Counted from the stretch's first letter, positions 9,955 to 20,746 are shown. The stretch is DNA of 64,000 bases from an uncultured delta proteobacterium (GCA_963769935.1 CAVYNY010000035.1:1-64000), one strand, 5' to 3'. Notes: generated from the letters alone by a model not told the origin. Program-made: numbers and translations.

Positions 9955-10857
9955 ATGAGGAAGTATCAATTTATGGCCCTTTTAACGATTGTTTTACTTC
10001 TTTCAGCGATGGGAGTTTTTGCCCAACAGAATGCAGGCCAGGGGGCTGCCGGTCCGGTCGGCAACGTGCCGGAAAGTGGACATATCAATGCCTTTCGCGT
10101 AGATAACATCACCGGTTCCAGGGTGATAAATCTCGAGGGCGAAAATATCGGAACCATTGACAATCTGGTTATTGACATCGACACCGGCAATATCGTTTAT
10201 GCGGTGCTTGAATTCGGCGGATTTATGGGTTTCGGCGACAAGCTTTTTGCCGTTCCGTGGCAATCCCTGACAGCCGTTCCCGCCGAAGGAATATTCATCC
10301 TCGATCAGTCCCGCGCCAAGCTGGAAAAAGCCCCGGGCTTTGACAAGAACAAATGGCCTGATATCGGCGACCAAACTTGGCGGGCCGGGATTTACGCCTT
10401 TTATCGGCAGCACGCGCCCTATCATCAGATCCCTGCCGCTCCGCCGGCGTCTCGCAAGCAGGAAATGCAGCACGGCTACCGAAGCGGCTATCCAGATTAC
10501 CCGGGCGGCGGTTATCCCGGCATCTGGGGAGACCCCTACGGGAAAATGTTTAATCCCAAGACCATGGATACCGTTAGCGGAGAAATCTTGAAGATTGAAT
10601 ATTATGAGGAAATGACGCTGATGGTCTACACCGATGCGAAAAAACCTGTTTTGGTGGCCTTGGGTCCAACCGGCTATTTTGTTAGTCAAGTAAGGACGTT
10701 GCAGCCAGGCGATAAGATTACGGTGACCGGTTCAAAGGTCATAGTGGACGATACCCCCTATGTGATTGCGACAAAAATTAGGGAGGGCAACGAAGAATTG
10801 CATGTCCGAGACAAAGAGGGGCATCCCATTTGGATGGGGTGGAAAAACATTAAATAA
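9955..10857 (+). CDS. Exported PRC-barrel protein with a C-terminal OB-fold-like domain
   Basis: Signal peptide. PRC barrel (GENIGTIDNLVID..YAVLEFGGFMGFGDKLFAVPW). C-terminal domain FNPKTMDTVSGEI..LGPTGYF..PGDKITVTGSKV..RDKEGHPIW. Confidence 0.85.
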   Translation: MRKYQFMALLTIVLLLSAMGVFAQQNAGQGAAGPVGNVPESGHINAFRVDNITGSRVINLEGENIGTIDNLVIDIDTGNIVYAVLEFGGFMGFGDKLFAVPWQSLTAVPAEGIFILDQSRAKLEKAPGFDKNKWPDIGDQTWRAGIYAFYRQHAPYHQIPAAPPASRKQEMQHGYRSGYPDYPGGGYPGIWGDPYGKMFNPKTMDTVSGEILKIEYYEEMTLMVYTDAKKPVLVALGPTGYFVSQVRTLQPGDKITVTGSKVIVDDTPYVIATKIREGNEELHVRDKEGHPIWMGWKNIK

Positions 10858-10872
10858 TTGGGGAGCGATGCG

Positions 10873-11187
10873 ATGCAGGGAATTGAGCTGGTGAAAAATC
10901 TTGCTGAACTTGATCGAGAACTCGTCAAAAAGCTCGAGGAGGCACGTCAATCAGCCGATCGCAGGCTCGCGGGCGCCCAGGAAAAGGCCCGGCGTATTCT
11001 GGATGAGGCGGAAAATCAAATCCGTCAATTAGAGGCGGCATCGAAGGCCCGCATCAGCGAGGAGAGCGAAAAGCTTGCCGGGGAAGCGCAGGCGCGGGCC
11101 GAAGCAGAGGCGCAGCGTATTTGCAGCGAGGCGGATTCGAACATCGAGCTCGCCGTCAGGTTCATTCTCTCAGAGGTGCTGCCGTGA
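10873..11187 (+). CDS. atpH: V/A-type ATP synthase subunit G (H)
   Basis: Coiled-coil protein ending AVRFILSEVLP, like the Thermus subunit G. First gene of the operon. Confidence 0.85.
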   Translation: MQGIELVKNLAELDRELVKKLEEARQSADRRLAGAQEKARRILDEAENQIRQLEAASKARISEESEKLAGEAQARAEAEAQRICSEADSNIELAVRFILSEVLP

Positions 11188-13163
11188 TCGCAGAGATGGA
11201 AAAGCTTATCATCGCCGGTCCCAAACGGCTTGCTCCCGCGATTCTTGACCATCTCCAGCGTGTCGGGGTCGTGCAGATCGATCCGCTGCGCACCGACGAG
11301 ATCAACCCATACCAACTCAGCCGTGAAGAGGAAAGTCGGCTGAAACGCTGGGGCGCAGTGGCAACCTCGGCCGACCATGGCCTGCGGCTTTTCGGACTGC
11401 GGGCGGATCCGTCCGCCAAACCGTTCGCGGGCGATATGGAGGGCGCTGAAGCCGCCGCATCAGCCGTTGAACAGCGGGTCGCCGCTCTGGCAAATGAACA
11501 GGAGCGTCTTAGGGAAGAACTGGAGTTGATTGAACAGTACGGGGCGGTTGCAGAACTCCTGGCGGAAATCGTGCAGGGTCTTGACGGGAGCCCATGGCTT
11601 GCGGTCCTGCCTTTTCTGGTGGAAAGCGCCGCAGATCTTTCACCGCTGGCGCAAGAGCTGGCATCAGAGCTCGATGACCGTTTTCTGATGGCCCATGGAC
11701 GCGCAAACGGCATCATCGCCGCTGTAATCCTCGTGCTCAAGCGCGATGCCGAGGATGCCAAAGGGATCCTGAGCCATCAGGGACTGGGAGAACTTCCCCG
11801 TCCTGAAAAATATGCCCACCTGAGCTTGAGAGCAATGGCCGAGCAGCTTGCGGAGCGTGCGCGGCGGGTTCCGGAAGCCTTGGCCTCCTCGGAGGACGAG
11901 ATGCGCCGCGATCTGATAAATTCGGGTCAGCTGCTCAAAAGTTTATGGAATCGCGCCAAGGACGAATCCGCCTGCCTCCTTGCCCTGAAGGATATGGCTG
12001 CGGCCCGGTACGGCTTCGCGCTGTTCGGCTGGGTCCCGGTGCGCCTGGAGCGCCGGGTGCTGGAGGAAATGGGTCGATTCGAACCCCTGATACACTATGT
12101 ATTTGAACCGGCCGGGGCAATAGGCGAAGCCGAGCGGGTCCCGGTTTTGCTGGAGAACCCCGCCTGGATCAAACCCTTCGAGCCCTTGATTTCTTTCCTG
12201 AACACACCGCGCTACGACAGCTGGGATCCCACGTGGGTCGTGGCCGTCTTCTTTCCGCTGTGGTTCGGTATGATTGTGGGAGACATCGGATATGGCGCCG
12301 TATTTGCCGGGCTGTCCTGGTACCTATCAGGATATGTCAGGCGCAATCGAGCGTTGACGGTGGATTTTTTTAAAATGCGGCTTGCACCGGCTCAGTTGGC
12401 CCAGGTGGTGCGCGCCGCGAAACCGATGATTTTATGGACGATGCTCTGGGGTCTGCTTTACGGGGAGTTCTTCGGCGACCTCCTCCAGCGGCTCGGCATT
12501 TTCGGCACGGCACGCCATCCCGGCTGGATCCCGTTGCTGATTCCGCGCACCAATACGGTTGCCACCGCCAACGGCTTAATTCTGCTTTCCATCGGTTTCG
12601 GTGTGTATCAGGTGCTGTACGGCTTTTATCTCAAGGCTATGCGGACACACCGCTGCGCTGAGAAGATCCACTTCTGGGAGGCCTGCGGCTACTTCGGCGG
12701 CGTTGCCGCCCTGATCCTGTTCGCCTGCGCATTTATGGCCAAGGACTTCCGTTGGTGGCTCGTGGTTCCGATGGTCGCCGGTGCGGCCGTCTTTCTGTTC
12801 GGTCTGCTGCTGGCCGGAGCCCCGCTGATGCTGGCGGAGTTGCCGACCCAGGGGGGCCACATCATGAGCTACATTCGTATTTACGCCGTAGGTCTGGCCT
12901 CGGCCATTCTTGCAAACCTGGCGACCGAGTTGGGCTTTTCGCTCTACCACCTGCTGGGGAGCGCCGGTATGATGATCGGTATGCTTGCGGGACTGCTGAT
13001 GGGCCTTGTGCTGCATGCATTGCTCATCGTACTGCTCACAGTGAGCCACTTTCTACAGCCTATTCGTCTTATTTGGGTCGAGTTTTTTACCAAGTTTGAA
13101 TTCTATACGGTCAGCGGCAGACCATATCGCCCTTTTCAATTGATCTGCAATTCTTCGTCATAA
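11184..13163 (+). CDS. atpI: V/A-type ATP synthase subunit I (a)
   Basis: GTG overlaps the G stop. IAEMEKLIIAGPK, FFPLWFGMIVGDIGYG, GHIMSYIRIYAVGLAS, QPIRLIWVEFFTKF. Confidence 0.95.
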   Translation: MIAEMEKLIIAGPKRLAPAILDHLQRVGVVQIDPLRTDEINPYQLSREEESRLKRWGAVATSADHGLRLFGLRADPSAKPFAGDMEGAEAAASAVEQRVAALANEQERLREELELIEQYGAVAELLAEIVQGLDGSPWLAVLPFLVESAADLSPLAQELASELDDRFLMAHGRANGIIAAVILVLKRDAEDAKGILSHQGLGELPRPEKYAHLSLRAMAEQLAERARRVPEALASSEDEMRRDLINSGQLLKSLWNRAKDESACLLALKDMAAARYGFALFGWVPVRLERRVLEEMGRFEPLIHYVFEPAGAIGEAERVPVLLENPAWIKPFEPLISFLNTPRYDSWDPTWVVAVFFPLWFGMIVGDIGYGAVFAGLSWYLSGYVRRNRALTVDFFKMRLAPAQLAQVVRAAKPMILWTMLWGLLYGEFFGDLLQRLGIFGTARHPGWIPLLIPRTNTVATANGLILLSIGFGVYQVLYGFYLKAMRTHRCAEKIHFWEACGYFGGVAALILFACAFMAKDFRWWLVVPMVAGAAVFLFGLLLAGAPLMLAELPTQGGHIMSYIRIYAVGLASAILANLATELGFSLYHLLGSAGMMIGMLAGLLMGLVLHALLIVLLTVSHFLQPIRLIWVEFFTKFEFYTVSGRPYRPFQLICNSSS

Positions 13164-13209
13164 AGGGCGTCGGGAAACTCGGATATCGGACTTTTAAGGA
13201 GGAAATGTA

Positions 13210-13512
13210 ATGAAAATCAAGGTGGTGTTCCTTTCAGTGTACTTGTTGCTGTGCATGTTGGCGTTCAGTGGGCCGGCCGCCGCGGCGGACGGCAATTCAA
13301 GCAAGGGTTTGATCGCCGTGGGCATGGGCCTGGCTGTAGGGCTGAGCGCCCTCGGCACGGGTTTAGCGCAGGCCCGCATCGGTGCGGCGGGCCTCGGCAG
13401 TGCCGTGGAGAAGCCTGAGTCTCTGGGACTGGCGCTCATTTTTCTGCTGCTGCCCGAAACGCTGGTGATCTTCGGCCTGGTCATTGCCTTTATTCTTTTT
13501 GGAAAGCTGTGA
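13210..13512 (+). CDS. atpK: V/A-type ATP synthase proteolipid subunit K (c/L)
   Basis: GLIAVGMGLAVGLSALGTGLAQARIG..LIFLLLPETLVIFG, with the ion-binding Glu and an N-terminal leader. Confidence 0.95.
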   Translation: MKIKVVFLSVYLLLCMLAFSGPAAAADGNSSKGLIAVGMGLAVGLSALGTGLAQARIGAAGLGSAVEKPESLGLALIFLLLPETLVIFGLVIAFILFGKL

Positions 13513-14078
13513 TGTCAAAGCTCGACGAGATACTCAAAGAAGAGGCGCTGGCGGATATCAACCGGATCCTGGAAGATTCGGATTCCAGGGCGGAGACGAT
13601 AATTCAGGAAGCCGAGACGAAGGCCTCCACCCGGCTGGCAGTCCATCGTAAAAGAGTCGAGTCCGAGGGCCGCTCTGCTAAACGCCGGACCGAAGGCGCC
13701 GCCGAACTGGCGGTCTCCACTGCCCGCATCCAGGCCAAGGGGAAGATCATCGCGCTGGTTCGCAAAAAGGCCTTGAGCGCTATCGAAGAACTGGCCGGCC
13801 GGCCCGGCTACCACAAGATTTTGACGGCGCTCGCCGAAGAGGCGATCAAGGCGGTGGACGCGGCGGAAGCCGTGGTCGTGAATCCAAACGACAAGGCGAT
13901 CCTCAGCGGCTGGGCGATGCAGAAGGGGATCGAAATCCAGACCGATCCGAAGCTGCGCCTCGGAGTTCGGCTGGTCAGCCGCAGCAGCAGGCGCAGCGCG
14001 GAAAACAGTCTCCCGGAACGGCTCGACCGCTCATGGGATACACTATCCGCCCGTGTGGCCCAGATACTCTGGAAGTGA
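13512..14078 (+). CDS. atpE: V/A-type ATP synthase subunit E
   Basis: MSKLDEIL..LRLGVRLV..ENSLPERLDRSWDTLSARVAQILW. Confidence 0.92.
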   Translation: MSKLDEILKEEALADINRILEDSDSRAETIIQEAETKASTRLAVHRKRVESEGRSAKRRTEGAAELAVSTARIQAKGKIIALVRKKALSAIEELAGRPGYHKILTALAEEAIKAVDAAEAVVVNPNDKAILSGWAMQKGIEIQTDPKLRLGVRLVSRSSRRSAENSLPERLDRSWDTLSARVAQILWK

Positions 14079-14088
14079 GGAAAAAGAC

Positions 14089-15072
14089 GTGACCGACGAT
14101 TTCGGTTATCTGAACGCCCGCATCCGGGTGAGAAGCGCCCGATTGCTGCATGAGGGTTTTTTCCGGGAGGCACTGCATCTGGGTTTTGCCGAACTGGTAA
14201 AAGTCCTTGCCGAAAGCACCTATGGTCCCGATCTGACCGGACACACGCTGGCCGATGTCGACCAAGCCGTGTCGCACCAATTGAATCGCACTACGGCAGA
14301 TCTGCCCCGCCTGGTCACGGGTAGCGCGCGCGAGGCCGTGAGCTTGATCCTGATGCGGGACGATCTTGCCAACCTGAAAATCATTCTGCGGGGCAAAGCC
14401 GCCGGATGGTCGACCGAAGACATCCTCGGCCGGCTGGGCGCCGGCACGCTTTCCGCCGACGTGTGCCGTAAACTTGCCGAGGCTCCGGACCCGACATCCA
14501 TCGCGCAAATACTTTACTTGCGAGAGCACCCGCTCGCCGGGGCCCTGCGCAGGGCGTATCGGGCCGAACATGAACCACCGGCCATGGAGGTTGCGCTGGA
14601 CCAGGCATTTTTTACCGCCACGCTGCGCCGGGCCCGGGAACTGGATCAGCCTTATCTTGCCGCGTTTCTAAGTGCCGAGATCGACGGGTTGAACCTCGCA
14701 ACAGGGGTCAAGCTGTTCACCATCGGCTTTGAGGGTCAACCGGCGCGCTTCTTCCTGAAAGGCGGCCGCGGCGTGGGGCTTCCTTTGTTTCAGCGACTGG
14801 CAGCCGGGGAGACGGCCGCTCTGGAAGAATTGGGGCATACGGATTTTGATCGCGCGGCTGAGTCAAGGGACCTGTCGACGCTGGAACGGCATCTGCGCTG
14901 TATCCTGCTGGCCAAGGCGCATGCGGGCGTCAAGGATGTGCTGGGGGCAGGTCTGGCCCTCGACTATATCCAGCGCAAATCGTGGGAGGCGGGGCGGATC
15001 CGGCTGCTATCCCGGCGGGCTTACTACAACCTGTCGCCTGCGGAAATGGAAAAGGAGTTAATCTGCCAGTGA
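14089..15072 (+). CDS. atpC: V/A-type ATP synthase subunit C (d)
   Basis: GTG start after gagg. DDFGYLNARIRVR, DLANLKIILRGK, WEAGRIRLLSRRAYY. Confidence 0.92.
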   Translation: MTDDFGYLNARIRVRSARLLHEGFFREALHLGFAELVKVLAESTYGPDLTGHTLADVDQAVSHQLNRTTADLPRLVTGSAREAVSLILMRDDLANLKIILRGKAAGWSTEDILGRLGAGTLSADVCRKLAEAPDPTSIAQILYLREHPLAGALRRAYRAEHEPPAMEVALDQAFFTATLRRARELDQPYLAAFLSAEIDGLNLATGVKLFTIGFEGQPARFFLKGGRGVGLPLFQRLAAGETAALEELGHTDFDRAAESRDLSTLERHLRCILLAKAHAGVKDVLGAGLALDYIQRKSWEAGRIRLLSRRAYYNLSPAEMEKELICQ

Positions 15073-15407
15073 AGATTGCAGTTTTGACCGACTCCGACTC
15101 GGCGGCGGGATATCGTCTCGCCGGCCTGGAAGTTGTCGTTGCCGCAGATGGCCCGGAAGCCCAAAAGATGCTGGCCGACCTGGTGCAAGCGGACGTCTAT
15201 GCCCTGATTGCAGTGAATGCGGCGTTGGTCCCGGACCCTTACCAGGTCGTCAAACGGGAAATGCGCGGTCGGGATTTCCCGGTTATGCTGCCGATTCCCT
15301 CGATAGATTCAGCCGTCGCAGACCGGGGCGAAGATGCCAAGGTATATATGCGACGTCTGATTGTGGACACCATCGGATACGAGATAAGAATAGTTGATAG
15401 TTCATAG
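15069..15407 (+). CDS. atpF: V/A-type ATP synthase subunit F
   Basis: KIAVLTDSDSAAGYRLAGLE..YMRRLIVDTIGYEI. The last residues are supplied by the adjacent repeat element. Confidence 0.92.
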   Translation: MKIAVLTDSDSAAGYRLAGLEVVVAADGPEAQKMLADLVQADVYALIAVNAALVPDPYQVVKREMRGRDFPVMLPIPSIDSAVADRGEDAKVYMRRLIVDTIGYEIRIVDSS

Positions 15408-15945
15408 CAGGTAGCTCATAGCTGATAGTTAAAGACAAAGGTTTCAGATGTTCCGCCTCAGGCGGACCGCCGGCCTGACAAGCGGCCAGTTTGATCAAAA
15501 ACGAAACTTTAAAAAGCGAATATCGAATAATGAATATCGAATCCACCTGAGGCGGACAAGTGTCGAAGGAAGGCATTCTGTCTATTTTATAAAAAAGACT
15601 GAGCGTAGCGAAACCATCTGGAACTCCCCCTTTCCTAAAGGGCGGGGGGGATTTTTGAAATTCTGCGGTTCGTTATTCTGCTGTTCTGCGGTTCGCTGTT
15701 TCGTTTAGGTGAGCTTTCATACAAGGTGTCGGCAAAGGCTAAGGACCGAAGGATAATGGTTAAAGGCGAAAGGCGCAAGGCTGCAGGCGAGTAATAGGAG
15801 GGGATGGACAAATATCAGAGGTTTTGCTTTACTGCTTCCCAGCTTCCCGGCCTCTAATCTATTTCATCTGTCGTCTGTCTTCCGACTATGAACTATGAGC
15901 TATCAGCTATCAGCTTTTTTCATCTGACACCTGAAACCTTTAAAA
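15385..15945. repeat. Nested heptamer-repeat/MITE-like insertion between atpF and atpA
   Basis: Left gatagttcatag..tagctcatagctgatag is inverted against right ctatgaactatgagctatcagctatcag. aggtttcagatgt is inverted against ctgacacctgaaacct. Internal palindromes tccgcctcaggcgga and tccccctttcctaaagggcggggg. Confidence 0.7.
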
Positions 15946-15975
15946 GCAGCTAAGGAACTAATTACAGGAGGAAAA

Positions 15976-17712
15976 ATGATCCGGGGAAGCGTGCTGAAGA
16001 TTGCAGGGCCGGCGGTTATCGCCAGGGATATGCTGGGTGCGCGTATGTACGACATCGTAAAGGTGGGCGACGAGAAGTTGATCGGTGAAATCATCCGGTT
16101 GGATGGTGATACGGCATTTGTTCAGGTTTACGAGGACACTTCGGGACTGACGGTCGGGCAGCCGGTGGTCTCAACCGGCATGCCGCTTGCCGTCGAGCTG
16201 GGTCCGGGGTTGCTGAATTCGGTTTACGACGGCATTCAGCGCCCGCTCGACAAGATCAGGGAGAAAACCGGCGACTTCATCTCCCGCGGCGTGGAAGTTG
16301 CGGCTCTGGACCGCAGCAAGAAATGGAACTGGATCCCGCGGGTAAACCCCGGTGACTCGGTCACCGGGGGGATGACCCTCGGCACCGTTCAGGAGTTCTC
16401 GTTTACCCACAAAATCATGGCGCCGCCGGAGGCGGCCGGCATCGCCGGCAAGGTGCAGCCGGCCGGCGCCTGCACTGTGCAAACGCCGGTCGTGGAGCTC
16501 GAGGACGGCCGCGAATTGACAATGTCGCATATGTGGCCGGTCCGGCGCGCCCGCCCCGTGCGGGAAAAGCTTGATCCCATGGAGCCCTTTCTCACGGGCA
16601 TGCGGATTCTGGACGTGCTGTTTCCCATTGCCATGGGCGGAACCGCTGCGATTCCCGGACCTTTCGGCTCCGGCAAGACGGTAACGCAGCAGTCCCTGGC
16701 AAAGTGGTCGAACGCCGATATCGTGATCTACGTCGGATGCGGCGAACGCGGCAACGAAATGACCGATGTCCTTACGGAGTTTCCCGGTCTGGAGGACCCC
16801 GCCAGCGGCGAACCATTGATGCACCGCACGGTGCTGATCGCCAACACCTCAAACATGCCGGTGGCGGCCCGGGAGGCCAGCATCTATGTGGGTGTAACCC
16901 TGGCCGAGTATTTCCGGGACCAGGGATATGCGGTGGCTTTGATGGCCGATTCCACCAGCCGCTGGGCCGAAGCCCTGCGTGAAATATCTTCACGGCTCGA
17001 AGAAATGCCGGCCGAAGAAGGCTATCCCCCTTACCTGTCCGCCCGGCTGGCCGCTTTCTACGAAAGGGCCGGACTTGTTACCACGCTGGGCGGAGAACGC
17101 GGTGCGGTCTCGGTCGTGGGGGCCGTATCGCCCGCGGGCGGCGACATGTCCGAGCCGGTCACCCAATCCACCCTCCGCATCGCAGGCGCCTTCTGGCAAT
17201 TGGATGCTTCCTTGGCGTACCGTCGCCACTTCCCTGCGATCAACTGGAACGGCTCGTACTCGCTTTACATCGAGCTGCTGGACAGCTGGTATCACGAGAA
17301 CCTGGGTCCGGACTATACCGGGCTGCGGGACGCCGTAGGCCGGCTGCTGCAGCAGGAGGCGTCGCTGCAGGAAATGGTGCAGCTGGTCGGCCCGGATGCC
17401 TTGCAGGATCATGAGCGGCTGGTGATAGAGGTCGGCCGCATCCTGCGGGAAGATTTCCTGCAGCAGAACGGCTTTCATGAAATCGATGCCTACTGTTCCA
17501 TGAAAAAAGCCAAGGGGCTGATGCAGATGGTGACCGCCTTCCACCAGCAAGCCGATGCCGGACTCAAAGCGGGCATTCCCATCGACGACATCATTCAGAA
17601 TCCCGTACTGGAAAAGATTGCCCGGGCGCGCTATGTCGCGGAGGAGCGTTTCGCGGACTACTTAAAAGAGGTACGCGACGAGATTGCCGAAGCATTCAGG
17701 CAGAAAGACTGA
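15976..17712 (+). CDS. atpA: V/A-type ATP synthase catalytic subunit A
   Basis: P-loop [44 protein letters not shown] aggagg. Confidence 0.98.
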   Translation: MIRGSVLKIAGPAVIARDMLGARMYDIVKVGDEKLIGEIIRLDGDTAFVQVYEDTSGLTVGQPVVSTGMPLAVELGPGLLNSVYDGIQRPLDKIREKTGDFISRGVEVAALDRSKKWNWIPRVNPGDSVTGGMTLGTVQEFSFTHKIMAPPEAAGIAGKVQPAGACTVQTPVVELEDGRELTMSHMWPVRRARPVREKLDPMEPFLTGMRILDVLFPIAMGGTAAIPGPFGSGKTVTQQSLAKWSNADIVIYVGCGERGNEMTDVLTEFPGLEDPASGEPLMHRTVLIANTSNMPVAAREASIYVGVTLAEYFRDQGYAVALMADSTSRWAEALREISSRLEEMPAEEGYPPYLSARLAAFYERAGLVTTLGGERGAVSVVGAVSPAGGDMSEPVTQSTLRIAGAFWQLDASLAYRRHFPAINWNGSYSLYIELLDSWYHENLGPDYTGLRDAVGRLLQQEASLQEMVQLVGPDALQDHERLVIEVGRILREDFLQQNGFHEIDAYCSMKKAKGLMQMVTAFHQQADAGLKAGIPIDDIIQNPVLEKIARARYVAEERFADYLKEVRDEIAEAFRQKD

Positions 17713-17726
17713 GGAGAACAGCGGCA

Positions 17727-19140
17727 ATGGATCTTTTGAAAAAGGAGTATCATGCGCTGAGCTACATTTCAGGCCCTTTGCTTTTTATGGAGAAGGCCGC
17801 GGATTTGGCATACAATGCGATTGTCGCCATCAAAGACGGCACCGGCCGGATACGCGGCGGGCAGGTTATCGAGGTGTCGGAAGAATATTGCGGTGATTCA
17901 GGTTTTCGAAGAAACTGCCGGGCTGGATCTCTCGCGCACCTCGGTGAGCCTTGTGGAGCAAACGGCTCGTCTGGGAGTGTCCCGGGATATGCTGGGCCGT
18001 CGTTTCGATGGTGTGGGCAAGCCGATTGACGGGCTGCCCGCGGTAGCGGCAGAAAAGCGCCTCACAATTGCGGGCATGCCGATCAACCCGGTGGCACGCC
18101 GCAAGCCCGAGGCGTTCATCCAAACCGGCATTTCAACCATCGACATCATGAATACCCTGGTTCGAGGACAGAAACTGCCCATTTTTTCGGGTCCCGGTCT
18201 GCCTGCCAACGAGCTTGCGGCCCAAATCGCGCGGCAGGCCCATGTGCCGGGGGAAAACCTGCAGTTTGCCGTGGTCTTCGCCGCGATGGGGGTGACCCAA
18301 AGAGAGGTCAGCTATTTTACAGGGGAGTTCGAAAAAACCGGCGCTCTTTCCCGCTCGGTCCTTTTTCTAAACAAGGCGGACGACCCCACGATCGAACGGA
18401 TTCTAACGCCCCGCATGGCGCTGACGGTGGCCGAACATCTGGCCTACGGACACGGCTACCACGTGCTGGTCATCTTGACGGACATGACCAACTACTGCGA
18501 AGCATTGCGCGAGGTGGGGGCTTCCCGGGGTGAGATTCCCGGCCGCCGCGGTTATCCGGGTTATATGTACACCGACCTTTCCACCATCTATGAACGGGCC
18601 GGTGTGATAGCAGACAGCCCGGGCTCCGTAACCCAGATTCCGATCCTGTCAATGCCGGGCGGCGACCGCACCCATCCGATTCCCGACCTGACGGGCTACA
18701 TTACCGAAGGTCAGATCCAGCTCTCAAACGAACTGCACCGCAAGGGCATCTTTCCGCCTATCGATCCGCTGCCCTCGCTTTCAAGGTTGGCGAACAGTGC
18801 GATTGGAAAAGGCAAGACGCGGGAAGATCACAAGCAGGTTTCCGATCAGCTGTTCGCTGCGTACGCCAACGGAGTCGACATCCGCAAGCTGGTGGCGATC
18901 ATCGGCGAGGAGTCGCTGACCGACAACGATCGGCACTACCTGGAGTTTGCGGATGCTTTCGAAAAAGACTTCATCCACCAGGGCCGCCAAAACCGTGATC
19001 TGGACGAATCGCTGGACCTTGCCTGGGCCCTGCTCTCGATACTGCCCGAGTCGGAGCTGAAGCGGATTTCCTCGGACCACATCGGCAAATACTATGGTGC
19101 CAGGCTCAAAGCATTCTGGGAGACGCCGGAGGAATTCTAA
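17727..19140 (+). CDS. atpB: V/A-type ATP synthase subunit B (one +1 frameshift at ~17889)
   Basis: [19 protein letters not shown] joins [13 protein letters not shown] after removing one T (gaatattgcg). [31 protein letters not shown]. Confidence 0.95.
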
Positions 19141-19145
19141 AAGGT

Positions 19146-19778
19146 ATGACGATGAATGAAACAAGTCCCACCCGGATGAACCTGCTGACCCGCCGCAGCC
19201 AATACGCGCTGGCGACAAGGGGTGTGAATTTGCTGCAAAAGAAGCGGGATGCGCTCGTGCAGGAATTCTTCACGCTGGTGCACGAGACCCTGGAAGCCCG
19301 CCGGCAGTTGAATGAAGCCGGCCGGGAGGCATACATGGCTCTGATCCTGGCGAAATCCTTCGACGGTCCGAAGGCCGTGGAGACCCTCTCGCTGAGCGTA
19401 CCGGACGTCTCCGATGTCCGCATCGGGGTGGAGAATATCTGGGGCACCCGGGTGCCGGTTCTGGCGGCGGAATGGCCCCAGGGTGCCGCCGTCAGCCCCC
19501 TTTTCGTGGGGGGGCAGACGCTGGCCGCACAGGCTGCCTTTCGAAAGTTCGGACGGGCGCTGATCGGGGTGGCGAACACCGAATCGCGGCTGCGCCGCAT
19601 CGGAGAAGAAATCAAAAAGACCGCCCGCCGGGTGAACGCCCTCGAACTGGCGGTTATCCCCGGCTTGGGTTCGCAGATACGCTACATTCGTCAGGTGCTC
19701 GATCAACAGGAGCAGGAGGATATCTTCCGGCTCAAACGCGTCAAGCGCAAGATCGAAGCGCAAAGCCAGCGTAGGTGA
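19146..19778 (+). CDS. atpD: V/A-type ATP synthase subunit D
   Basis: SPTRMNLL..GVNLLQKKRDALV, IKKTARRVNALE, EDIFRLKRVK. Confidence 0.96.
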   Translation: MTMNETSPTRMNLLTRRSQYALATRGVNLLQKKRDALVQEFFTLVHETLEARRQLNEAGREAYMALILAKSFDGPKAVETLSLSVPDVSDVRIGVENIWGTRVPVLAAEWPQGAAVSPLFVGGQTLAAQAAFRKFGRALIGVANTESRLRRIGEEIKKTARRVNALELAVIPGLGSQIRYIRQVLDQQEQEDIFRLKRVKRKIEAQSQRR

Positions 19779-19850
19779 TTGTCTTTCAGTGGCGCGTATT
19801 CAGCCTCCGAAACCACTATGTTGCTATTTAATAGATATTATTGTGTGTTT

Positions 19851-19915
19851 TCGCAGCGCTTAAAATAACGAGTCGGCGAGCTTGTCCGCCGGTCACGTTG
19901 ATTTTGTTGTTGGAA
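19851..19915 (-). other. attC site (last in array; R' degenerate, GCT in place of GTT)
   Basis: Minus strand: TTCCAAC aacaaaat C aacgTgaccggcg..cgccgactcgtt attttaagc GCTGCGA. R'' is complementary to GTTGGAA at the 5' end of the same cassette. Confidence 0.8.
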
Positions 19916-19925
19916 ACAATAATGC

Positions 19926-20261
19926 TTATTCAAAATTAAAGGATTTAAAAATATTGCCTAATGAAATTTCGTTTTCCAAAACATTCTTTAATTCATTTCC
20001 ACATTCTTCAGAACAAAACAGTAACATCCCGTCATTACCGTCCTGTTTAGCTTCGGAACCTTCTAATGTTACCAACATATAGATCGGTCTCTCATCCGAA
20101 ACTAAAGTTATATTAATGCAATGCCCTGCATATTCAGATAAATCAACACCTGGTCTAAATTTTACACCGGCCCCAAAAACTTCCACATAATCACTGATTG
20201 GTTTCCTACACCAAGTACACTTTCCTAATGCTTCTTTATCAGGAATAATATTGTATTCCAT
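19926..20261 (-). CDS. Integron cassette protein, hypothetical (CxxC..CxxxC, possible Zn-binding)
   Basis: AT-rich ORF between two attC sites. RBS gaggagga. CTWC and CSEEC. Confidence 0.8.
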   Translation of the reverse strand: MEYNIIPDKEALGKCTWCRKPISDYVEVFGAGVKFRPGVDLSEYAGHCINITLVSDERPIYMLVTLEGSEAKQDGNDGMLLFCSEECGNELKNVLENEISLGNIFKSFNFE

Positions 20262-20299
20262 AAGAACCTCATTCCTCCTCTATTATTATTTCTCTTTAT

Positions 20300-20407
20300 T
20301 TCCAACGTCTGCGGATCACCTGCAGGCGGTACAGCTTTCGAGCCCCAAATACCTTTTACGCTAAACTCAGCAAGTTTTTCCTGTCAGGTGCATCCGTCTC
20401 GTTATGT
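20300..20407 (-). other. attC site
   Basis: Minus strand: ACATAAC gagacggat G cacctg ... caggtg atccgcagac GTTGGAA, with an extrahelical G. Confidence 0.9.
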
Positions 20408-20743
20408 CATTGGGCTATTCTCTGATATTGTTTCTGAAGGTTTGATCGGAATAATTCGTCGCTCGATGTCCGTCCAAATTTTACGCTTCATCATTCGTAA
20501 ATCAAACTCATTCTGCAAATTCAGCCAGAACTGAGCTTCGATGCCAAAATAGCGCTGCAATCTCAAAGCGGTATCAGCAGTAATAGCTCTTTTCCCGTTG
20601 ACGATCTCACTAATCCGATTAGGCGGCACGGAAAGATCCCGAGCAAGCTGATTTATGCTGATATCCAGCGGTTCCATGAAATCGTCCCGCAAGATTTCAC
20701 CCGGAGTTATCGGATCAAGAAGTTTGTTCGTATTCATAATCAC
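20402..20743 (-). CDS. higA: HigA antitoxin (XRE HTH)
   Basis: PITPGEILRDDFMEPL..NRISEIVNGKRAITADTALRLQRYFG..FWLNLQ. Confidence 0.95.
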   Translation of the reverse strand: MIMNTNKLLDPITPGEILRDDFMEPLDISINQLARDLSVPPNRISEIVNGKRAITADTALRLQRYFGIEAQFWLNLQNEFDLRMMKRKIWTDIERRIIPIKPSETISENSPMT

Positions 20744-20746
20744 ACC

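Noticed and set aside
10540..10857. Magnetosome (MamS/MamX-like) role for the OB-like domain
   Set aside because: No other mam genes and no magnetochrome motifs. The domain is widespread.
17880..17895. Programmed ribosomal frameshifting in atpB and the nuo genes
   Set aside because: No slippery sequence or shared context at the shift sites. Isolated +1 insertions fit sequencing error better.
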